Below, in pieces: positions 57,190-64,000 of a DNA stretch of 64,000 nucleotides. How positions within the stretch are numbered: the first letter of the stretch is position 1; each line of letters begins with the position of its first letter. The position numbers were made by a program, and so were the translations under genes. Under the pieces are notes generated by a model that searched no databases, was not told the DNA's origin, and was given only the letters and a program-made list of their open reading frames with translations. This DNA comes from Candidatus Marinacidobacterales bacterium. GTDB taxonomy: Bacteria; Acidobacteriota; Vicinamibacteria; Marinacidobacterales; SMYC01. The DNA lies in contig OZ250169.1 in NCBI GenBank assembly GCA_965237955.1, positions 2,560,001 through 2,624,000 on the forward strand. The letters run 5' to 3'.

Positions 57190-58304
57190 CGTGTGACCAA
57201 GCGATTCGGCTCGTCGAAAAGCTCGCCGACGGTGAAGCGAAACCGAGCGAGCGGACCGAAGCGGAGTCACATCTCGAAAGCTGCGCGGACTGCCGCTCGC
57301 ACTACCAATTCGTGCGCGCGCTCGAGTCGGCGTCAGAGAAAATCGATTGGCCGGAGCCGCCCGAAGCCTACTGGCAGCATTTTCCGTCGAAAGTGCTCGC
57401 ACGGCTCGAGCGCGACGAGCCCGCCCGAAGCGTTTGGCAGAAGCTCTTGTCGCCGCCGGTACTTCGTTTTGGCGCCGTGGCCGCAACGCTCATGGTCGTC
57501 GTCGCCGTTGGCTTCAGCGTGCTCGAGAACGATCAACTGCAGCCGGAACCGAAGTTGGCACAGACACCTCCTGGCGCGGGTAAGCAACCAGTCGACGAGG
57601 AAGCGGCGGGGGTTTCCGGTGAGCCCGGGCCGTTGGCAGATAAGGCACCCGCGCTTGCCGTGGACTCGGCCCCGGTGGCGCCCGAGGAGAGTGGTCGAGT
57701 CGAATCGGCTCGTAGTAGCACTCGGAGGCGCCCCGAATCACTCAACGACTCACTCGACGTCGCACCAGTGCCGCTACCGACCTTGTCGGCGGAAGAAGAC
57801 GAGCTCGCCGAGCTCGAACGCCCCGCGGACGTCAAAAACCCCGACGGGCTCGCGGGGGGCGTCGCCGAACAGAGTTTTGAAGACGCCCCCGCGGCGGCCT
57901 CGCCGCGCGCCCGCGACAACCGCATGCTCCGTACGCTCGCGGAGGCTCCGGCCGAGCCGGGTAAGGCCATGGTCGCAACCGAGGAAGCGACGAACGCCGA
58001 GATCGCGCCTGTCGAAGCGTCCGTCGAACTGGCGCGCAAGCAAGCTCCCGCGCGCGCGCTGTCGTCGGTGACAAACCGCTGTGCCGAGTGGCGTGACTAT
58101 CTAGCTGAAAACGGCGATGAAGGCAGCGATTCTCTCGAGGCGCGGTACCAAGTGGCGTTGTGCTCCCTCGAGCGCTACGCGTCGGAGCCAAGCGATGAAG
58201 CTCGGGCGGCAGCAGAGCGAGACGTCGAAGCGTTACTTGCGATGGAGAGTGATGGCGAGCGGGCGGATGATGTTCGTGCGCGAGCTCAACAGCTAAAGCG
58301 TTGA
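57186..58304 (+). CDS. Zinc-binding (zf-HC2) transmembrane anti-sigma factor
   Basis: MTC...HLESCADC, one TM segment; ATGA overlap with the sigma gene. Confidence 0.88.
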   Translation: MTCDQAIRLVEKLADGEAKPSERTEAESHLESCADCRSHYQFVRALESASEKIDWPEPPEAYWQHFPSKVLARLERDEPARSVWQKLLSPPVLRFGAVAATLMVVVAVGFSVLENDQLQPEPKLAQTPPGAGKQPVDEEAAGVSGEPGPLADKAPALAVDSAPVAPEESGRVESARSSTRRRPESLNDSLDVAPVPLPTLSAEEDELAELERPADVKNPDGLAGGVAEQSFEDAPAAASPRARDNRMLRTLAEAPAEPGKAMVATEEATNAEIAPVEASVELARKQAPARALSSVTNRCAEWRDYLAENGDEGSDSLEARYQVALCSLERYASEPSDEARAAAERDVEALLAMESDGERADDVRARAQQLKR

Positions 58305-58306
58305 GA

Positions 58307-58432
58307 CCCCTGCCCCTGCCTCTGCCCGGCCCCGTTCCAACTTGCTCCGAAGCTGTCGAAAGCGGAAACGGTGCCAGAACTGCAGCTCGCGTGCCGGTTT
58401 GAGGCGGGGATGGGCAGGGGCAAAGGCAGGGG
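58307..58432. repeat. Inverted 6-mer (CCCCTG/CAGGGG) repeat element
   Basis: CCCCTG CCCCTG CCTCTG CCCGGC ... GGGCAGGGGCAAAGGCAGGGG. Confidence 0.7.
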
Positions 58433-58449
58433 AAAACGTTTTGCGGGGG

Positions 58450-59460
58450 CTACGAGACGTCCATCTCGATCTTGTACACCGAGCTCGCGCCCGCGAGCAC
58501 CATCCCGCCGCCGCCGTCGAACGCGATGCCGACGAGGGGAGGCGAGGCGACGATGCGCTCGGCAGTTCTCTCGGGCCCGATCCGGTAAACCCCGCTATCC
58601 CCGACGAGTCCCTCTGTGACGTACAGCGTTCCCTCGCTGTCGAACGCCATGCCTTGCGGTCGACCGAAACCGCCGCAATACACTTCGACTTCGGCGTCGA
58701 CCCCAATGCGGTAGATCGGATCGACCGGCGAAAGGCTCGGCGCGGAGACGAAGAGATTCCCTTGGGAGTCGAACGCGAGATGGTACGCGGCGACCGAAGG
58801 TTCCAAACGGCAGAACGAGCGCGGCTCGCCGTTCGGTTCGATACGAAAGATCGTTCCCCGGCGATCGCCGACGTACAAGATCCCTTCGGGATCGAAAGCG
58901 ATCCCTGTCGCCGTGCCGAGCTCATCCGCGTAGAGCTCGACTTCGCGGTTGGCGCCGACGCGGTACACGGCACCATCTTCGCGACTCGAAACGTAGAGAC
59001 AGTCGTCTGGTCCCCAGGCAAGTCCTGTCGCGTTGAGGATCTCGCCCGAGTAAGGCGCGACGTCGCCATCGATGACGACGCGATAGACCGACACCGGTAC
59101 TTTCTCGCCGCGGCTACCGCTCAACGTGACGTAGAGACGACCTTCACGATCGAACACCGGGTTCGCCACGGGTTGCAGTTGCTCGGCAATCGTGTGGGCG
59201 ACGGAAACGTGATGCGGCGTGCTCGAGCCACCGTCGATCTCGACGCGGACGTCGGACATTTCCGAGAGGGCGTCCTCGGGCACAATGGCCGCGATGGTAT
59301 CGCTCGACACTCGGGTGACCTGCGCTCGGTGGTCACCGAAGAACACGCGATGGGCGTGCGCTCGCTCGGGCTCGAAACCGTCTCCGCGGATCGCCACGCG
59401 GCCTCCGGGAACGACGTAGGGGGGATCGATCTCCCGAACTTGCGGTGGGCGTACGCTCAC
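58450..59460 (-). CDS. IPT/TIG domain + SMP-30/gluconolactonase-like beta-propeller protein
   Basis: PGGRVAIRGDGF N-terminal domain; repeated (A/P)xG(I/L/M)AFDxxGxLYV blades. Confidence 0.82.
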   Translation of the reverse strand: MSVRPPQVREIDPPYVVPGGRVAIRGDGFEPERAHAHRVFFGDHRAQVTRVSSDTIAAIVPEDALSEMSDVRVEIDGGSSTPHHVSVAHTIAEQLQPVANPVFDREGRLYVTLSGSRGEKVPVSVYRVVIDGDVAPYSGEILNATGLAWGPDDCLYVSSREDGAVYRVGANREVELYADELGTATGIAFDPEGILYVGDRRGTIFRIEPNGEPRSFCRLEPSVAAYHLAFDSQGNLFVSAPSLSPVDPIYRIGVDAEVEVYCGGFGRPQGMAFDSEGTLYVTEGLVGDSGVYRIGPERTAERIVASPPLVGIAFDGGGGMVLAGASSVYKIEMDVS

Positions 59461-59496
59461 TTCGGTGGTTCCGTTTGGGCAGTTGCGGCCATCATA

Positions 59497-60612
59497 TTAC
59501 TCCTCGAGCTCGATGAGCCCCTGGTCGAGCAACCTCTTGAAGATGATCAGAACTTCCTGTTCAGCCATCGGACAGATTTTGGTGATGGACGCGACGTCCC
59601 AGTCGCCGTTCACTCGCGACACCACGAAACCCTCCTGGGGATCGAGATCGAGTCCTGACAACTCGACCAGCGTAACCTTGAGATGCGGCACCGCCTCCGG
59701 CGAAATCTCCGAGACTTTCTGCAAGTCCTCGAGGATGCGCTGGATCTTGAGCGTGAACAGACGTGCGTACTTGTTTTGGGTGTCGACTTCGAGAGCACCT
59801 TCGAACGCGGCGAGGGCGTTCTCGTAGTCGCCGGCGTTGTACAAGCTCACGCCGGTATCGAGCTTGTCGCGAAGCTCGGTGACCTGCTGATCGAAGTCCA
59901 TCTCCTCAGGAGACTCTTTGACGACAACGAGCTTCCTTTCGTGCAGATCGAGAAGCCTCGACGCGGCGTAGAACTCGACGGCGTGAAGCTCGAGCGAGAT
60001 CTCCGCCAGGTTCTTCCCGCGGGCTACGAGCTCGAGGACGCGGCGGTCTTCCTCGCTGACATCGGGGGCTTCCTCTAGCGTGTCGTGATTGACCTCGAAC
60101 GTTGCCAGCCGTGAGGGGAAGACCTCGTGAATACGCTGCCATTCGTCGGTGCGGCGCGCGCCCTCGAGGATGACGCCGGTCAGATCCAGGGGTAGCGAGA
60201 CCGGGATTGTTTCGGGAAGGGTGTCGTTGTCGAACGTGAATTCTCCATCCTTCCACAGGAAGCAATCGTAGATGGCTTCTTCGGTTTTGAGCCTCAAAAG
60301 CTCCTCGAGCACGTCTTCGGTGATGACTTCCGAGGCAACGAGAATCTGTCCCAATGGACGGTTCGAGCGATCCTGCTCGATGAGCGCCTTGAACAGTTCC
60401 TCTTCGGTAATGTGGCCGGATCGGATCAGGAACTGGCCCAGGGTTTCGCGCGGACTGCTCAAGACCGACGAGAACAGGCGACCGTCCTTGAAAAACAGCT
60501 GCTTCTCGATCGGGCCGCGCTTGACGTGGAGCGTTCCCGTCTTGAGGTTGGTCCCACACCACTGCAGCAGATCTCCCAGCTGCATCGTGGCGAGGCTTCC
60601 GGAGAGACTCAT
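59497..60612 (-). CDS. DUF4388 (PatA-N-like) domain protein with TPR
   Basis: MSLSGSLATMQLGDLLQW..KTGTL, LGQFLIRSG, WKDGEFTF, EGARRTDEW. Confidence 0.85.
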   Translation of the reverse strand: MSLSGSLATMQLGDLLQWCGTNLKTGTLHVKRGPIEKQLFFKDGRLFSSVLSSPRETLGQFLIRSGHITEEELFKALIEQDRSNRPLGQILVASEVITEDVLEELLRLKTEEAIYDCFLWKDGEFTFDNDTLPETIPVSLPLDLTGVILEGARRTDEWQRIHEVFPSRLATFEVNHDTLEEAPDVSEEDRRVLELVARGKNLAEISLELHAVEFYAASRLLDLHERKLVVVKESPEEMDFDQQVTELRDKLDTGVSLYNAGDYENALAAFEGALEVDTQNKYARLFTLKIQRILEDLQKVSEISPEAVPHLKVTLVELSGLDLDPQEGFVVSRVNGDWDVASITKICPMAEQEVLIIFKRLLDQGLIELEE

Positions 60613-60670
60613 CGATTCGAATGGAGCTTCGCGCGCGCTCCCGCGCTGGGTCTTGGGGACCGCGGGTGGA

Positions 60671-61186
60671 TCAACTCGCCCAGTACAGGAAGTCGCGCCA
60701 GCTCTTGGGCACTTCGGCCATGCCGTATGTGATCGCGTGAGCGGGAAGATAGGTCGGTCGCTTCGGTCGCCGCACCAGTGTCAGTCCAGCTTCTCGCGGA
60801 GTCTTTCCGCCTTTCTTGCGGTTGCACTCGATACAGCAGGTGACGATGTTCTCCCACACTTTGCGACCGCCCTTGGAAACCGGGACGACGTGATCGAACG
60901 TCAGCTCCGAAGCTTGAAACCGTTCGGCGCAATACTGACATCGGTATTTGTCTCGAAGATAGATGTTCGACCGAGAAAACGGAACCTGGTGAAATCGACG
61001 AGTCACCCGCACGCGCCGGAGAAGCCTCAATACCGACGGAAGCTCCAGAGTAATGCGCACTCCCCTGATCCTTCGATCGTACGAAGCGATCACCTCCACT
61101 TTGCCTGTGAAGAGCAACACCACCGCTTTTTGCCAGGTGATGACACGTAGCGGCTCATAGCTGGCGTTCAGCAAGAGGCTACGCAT
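60671..61186 (-). CDS. HNH endonuclease (McrA-like, Zn-binding)
   Basis: LLLNASYEPL, RDKYRCQYC, LTFDHVVPVSKGG, WENIVTCCIECNRKKG. Confidence 0.92.
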   Translation of the reverse strand: MRSLLLNASYEPLRVITWQKAVVLLFTGKVEVIASYDRRIRGVRITLELPSVLRLLRRVRVTRRFHQVPFSRSNIYLRDKYRCQYCAERFQASELTFDHVVPVSKGGRKVWENIVTCCIECNRKKGGKTPREAGLTLVRRPKRPTYLPAHAITYGMAEVPKSWRDFLYWAS

Positions 61187-61396
61187 CAGGAAGACGCTCC
61201 GAACCGTCCGGGGACACGACGCACTTCTGTGCACGTCGACGAAGAAGCTCGGAGTTGCTCCCGCGGATGCGCTTCGTTAGTGGCTTGCCTGGCTGGGATG
61301 ACCCTCCGAATGCACGGGATAAACCCGTAAACTCATATTTTAGTATATGTTCCGCCAAAGTCGTTGCGTTGTCAAACGCGAGAGGAGGAAACTTCG

Positions 61397-61876
61397 ATGC
61401 AGATTTCGATCGCAGTCGTCGGTGCGTCGCAACCGAGTGACGTGGCTTCCGAGCAGGCTGTCGCGGTGGGTGCGGCGGTGGCCGCTGCGGGCGCCACGCT
61501 CGTCACCGGCGGCCTCGGAGGGATCATGGAGGCGGCGTGTAGAGGCGCGCGCGGACGGGGCGGGCTGACCGTCGGGATCTTGCCGGGCACGTCGAAGGAG
61601 GATGCGAACCCGTACGTTGACTGCGCTGTGCCTACGGGGCTTGGGGATTTTCGGAACTATCTCGTCGTGGCGGCGGCCGATGCAGTCATTGCGCTCGAGG
61701 GTCGTTTCGGGACGTTGTCCGAGATTGCGATGGCGTTGACGCTTGGTAAGCGCGTGGTCGGTCTTGGGACTTGGGAGATTGAGGGGGTTCGCACCGCGCG
61801 GGATCCCGAGGGCGCCGTGCGCCTTGCTCTCGAAGCCGCTCGGGCGGGGGGTGAGAGGTTCCGAGGTTTAAGTTAG
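61397..61876 (+). CDS. TIGR00725/LOG-like family protein
   Basis: VTGGLGGIMEAACRGA, TVGILPG, RNYLVV, GTLSEIA; RBS GAGGAGG. Confidence 0.88.
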   Translation: MQISIAVVGASQPSDVASEQAVAVGAAVAAAGATLVTGGLGGIMEAACRGARGRGGLTVGILPGTSKEDANPYVDCAVPTGLGDFRNYLVVAAADAVIALEGRFGTLSEIAMALTLGKRVVGLGTWEIEGVRTARDPEGAVRLALEAARAGGERFRGLS

Positions 61877-61883
61877 GTTTGAT

Positions 61884-61906
61884 CGGGGACGGGCACGGGC
61901 AGGGGG
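61884..61906. repeat. Single arm of a 6-mer repeat
   Basis: CGGGGA CGGGCA CGGGCA GGGGG directly beside the IS630 insertion site. Confidence 0.5.
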
Positions 61907-61911
61907 AGCTA

Positions 61912-63094
61912 GTCCCATGGAACAGAAAAAGCTAGACAACACCGGCCCTTCTGTGATCTGCTAAATGCATGAAACACAAGGGCCGGCGAAAAGCCGAATT
62001 GAAGCTGTCGTCTCAAGAAAGCGAAGCGCTGACGCGACTGGCGCGACGCAGCCGTAGTTCGCCGCACCAAGCCTTCCGAGCGAAGATCGTGCTGGATTGC
62101 GCGGCGGGTCTGACGAATATGGAAGTTGCTAGGAAGATGCACACCATGAGGAGCACGGTGGGCAAGTGGCGAAGACGCTTTGTAGAACAACGAATGGAAG
62201 GGTTGTACGACGAACCTCGGCCGGGAGCGGCTCGCAAAATCGGCGATGACCAGATCGAGGAAGTCGTGACCAAGACGCTGGCGACGACTCCAAAGGGGAG
62301 AACCCATTGGAGTACGCGCTCGATGGCCAAGCATCTTGGGCTGAGTCATTCGACGATTGGACGTATTTGGCGAACGTTCGGGCTTCAACCGCACCGCTCG
62401 GAATCGTTTCGTCTCTCGCAAGACCCACAACTGGTCGAAAAAGTACGCGACGTTGTTGGCCTGTATATGAACCCACCGGATAACGCGGTCGTCCTGTGCG
62501 TCGACGAGAAATCGCAGATTCAAGCGCTCGAGCGTGCTCAACCTGTCCTGCCCATGAGCTTGGGCCAGCCCGAGCGACAAACCCACGACTATATTCGGCA
62601 TGGAACGACTGACCTGTTTGCCGCACTCGACGCCGCAACAGGTGAAGTCTTCGGAAAGTGCTACGCGCGACATCGAGCGCTAGAGTTCAAGAAGTTCCTC
62701 GCTGAGATCGAAGCAGCCGTTCCCAGCGAGTTGGACATCCACGTCGTGCTCGACAATCTCGCCACGCACAAGACACCGGCGATCAAACGCTGGCTTTCCA
62801 AGCGACCTCGGTTCCACTTTCACTTCACACCGACACACGCCTCTTGGCTCAACTTCGCTGAGCGCTTCTTTGGCTTGCTCACCGAACACGCCTTGCGACG
62901 AGGCTCGCACACGAGCGTGCCTCAGCTCCGCGTTGCGATACAAGACTATCTCGATGCTCACAACGAGAACCCAAAGCCGTTCAAGTGGACGAAATCCGCC
63001 GACCAAATCCTCGAAACCATCGCTCGGTTCGCCCAGCGAACGCTCGATACACATGGCAAATCGAATTTGGACAGTAATTAAAGATCCAGGGGAC
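61912..63094 (+). mobile_element. IS630-family insertion sequence (~1183 bp)
   Basis: Ends CTAGTCCCATGGAAC and GATCCAGGGGACTAG form imperfect IRs; both junctions read CTAG, consistent with TA duplication. Confidence 0.92.
61969..63081 (+). CDS. IS630-family transposase
   Basis: [47 protein letters not shown]. Confidence 0.95.
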   Translation: MKHKGRRKAELKLSSQESEALTRLARRSRSSPHQAFRAKIVLDCAAGLTNMEVARKMHTMRSTVGKWRRRFVEQRMEGLYDEPRPGAARKIGDDQIEEVVTKTLATTPKGRTHWSTRSMAKHLGLSHSTIGRIWRTFGLQPHRSESFRLSQDPQLVEKVRDVVGLYMNPPDNAVVLCVDEKSQIQALERAQPVLPMSLGQPERQTHDYIRHGTTDLFAALDAATGEVFGKCYARHRALEFKKFLAEIEAAVPSELDIHVVLDNLATHKTPAIKRWLSKRPRFHFHFTPTHASWLNFAERFFGLLTEHALRRGSHTSVPQLRVAIQDYLDAHNENPKPFKWTKSADQILETIARFAQRTLDTHGKSNLDSN

Positions 63095-63462
63095 TAGAGG
63101 TACTGGCGGTAGATTGGGTTCGACTGGCAATAGGCCTGGATGGTCCACACGATCACACGGACGTCCTCGACCGCGAGCTTTTTGAAGCGTGCACCGAAGC
63201 CGACCGGAAGCCCGTGGACGGGATGCGTTTGGTGGGTCTGGATCCACGCCACCAAGCTCGGGATCCTGAGCTCGCGCTCGTTTCCCGGCACGCGGAACAT
63301 GACTTCGACCTCTTCGCCGCCGACGGGAAGTTTGTGGGTGGCGACGTAGATCCCGCGAAGCGACAGGTCGAGTAACATCGCCTCGGTATCCCTGCCGGAG
63401 GCGAAGACAGTACAACGGCGGACGAACGGAATACGCAGGGTGGGCGGTGGCTGACTCGTCAC
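63094..63462 (-). CDS. PilZ domain protein
   Basis: LRIPF...LDLSLRGIYV...VAW...GFGARF; start at GTG 63462 is inferred. Confidence 0.8.
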   Translation of the reverse strand: MTSQPPPTLRIPFVRRCTVFASGRDTEAMLLDLSLRGIYVATHKLPVGGEEVEVMFRVPGNERELRIPSLVAWIQTHQTHPVHGLPVGFGARFKKLAVEDVRVIVWTIQAYCQSNPIYRQYL

Positions 63463-63546
63463 GGTGTGTTTCGAAGGGGGATTTCCAGAGTACCGTTCGT
63501 AATAAAGCCTGTCAATATGGTGGGCGGTGCTACGATAGCCGCGCGC

Positions 63547-64000
63547 ATGCCAGACATGCCAAACATAAAAGACCTCGAAGCCGGTGTGCTTGCCGAGGTC
63601 GACACCTTTGTTCGCGAGCTCCGCGGCTCGCGTGCTCTGGCCCCCGTGTCGCGCGACGTCGCACCCGAAGCATCGCTCGAAAAAGACCTGGGGCTTGGAA
63701 GCCTCGAGCGGGTCGAGCTCTTGTCCCGTCTCGAGCGGCGCTTCGGCGCCAAAGTTTCCGAAAGCGTTCTCGGCGAAGCGGAGACACCTCGAGATCTCGC
63801 CGTGGCGTTTCTCGAAAGCGAGCAAGAGATCGCGATCGAAACGGCGACGGCCTGTTACCGACCCACGCGGCGTTCTTTACAGGCCTTGCCTGCGGACGCG
63901 CGCTCGCTCCAAGAAGTTCTCGTCAAGCGAGCGCAGGCGGAGCCCGACAACATCCATCTGTTCCTTCGTGAGGACAAAGGGCCCGAGCGCGCGGTCAGCT
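63547..64000 (+). CDS. Acyl carrier domain fused to a probable AMP-binding (fatty acyl-AMP ligase-like) domain; runs off the window end
   Basis: Not in the ORF track. Manual translation: ASLEKDLGLGSLERVELLSRLERRFG..EAETPRDL (phosphopantetheine Ser), then ARSLQEVLVKRAQAEPDNIHL. Confidence 0.82.
   Translation, partial: MPDMPNIKDLEAGVLAEVDTFVRELRGSRALAPVSRDVAPEASLEKDLGLGSLERVELLSRLERRFGAKVSESVLGEAETPRDLAVAFLESEQEIAIETATACYRPTRRSLQALPADARSLQEVLVKRAQAEPDNIHLFLREDKGPERAVS

Noticed and set aside
60671-61350. HNH gene as an IscB/HEARO-type RNA-guided system
   Set aside because: No RuvC or PLMP motifs. It matches the common stand-alone McrA-like HNH family, and the upstream hairpins are short.

Overview
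GC-rich bacterial chromosomal window. The gene content (CRTAC1/ASPIC-UnbV and VWA-type secreted proteins, DUF4388, IPT-gluconolactonase, GT-C-like membrane proteins) suggests an Acidobacteriota-like organism; this is inference. Intact core genes include rnhA, an ABC-F ATPase, fadI, an ABC1/UbiB kinase, a complete trpEGDCFBA-aroF operon with a sigma70 promoter, a WW leader peptide and an attenuator, hutU-hutI, a MATE pump and an ECF sigma/anti-sigma pair. There are three insertion sequences: an internally deleted IS607-type element that keeps both ends and a TnpB omega-RNA-like right end, an IS3-family element splitting a Ser/Thr kinase (GAAG duplication), and an IS630 inserted at a stop codon. 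Three patterns go beyond routine annotation. (1) Several families of 6-, 7- and 8/9-nt tandem microrepeats, mostly arranged as inverted arms, sit just downstream of stop codons, including at all eight convergent junctions that have a spacer; two truncated genes break right at such repeats. (2) Accessory genes carry many deletion scars and frameshifts while core operons are intact. (3) A structured leader of about 160 nt, with a perfect DnaA box in its candidate promoter, precedes a lytic transglycosylase. No rRNA, tRNA or CRISPR array was found.
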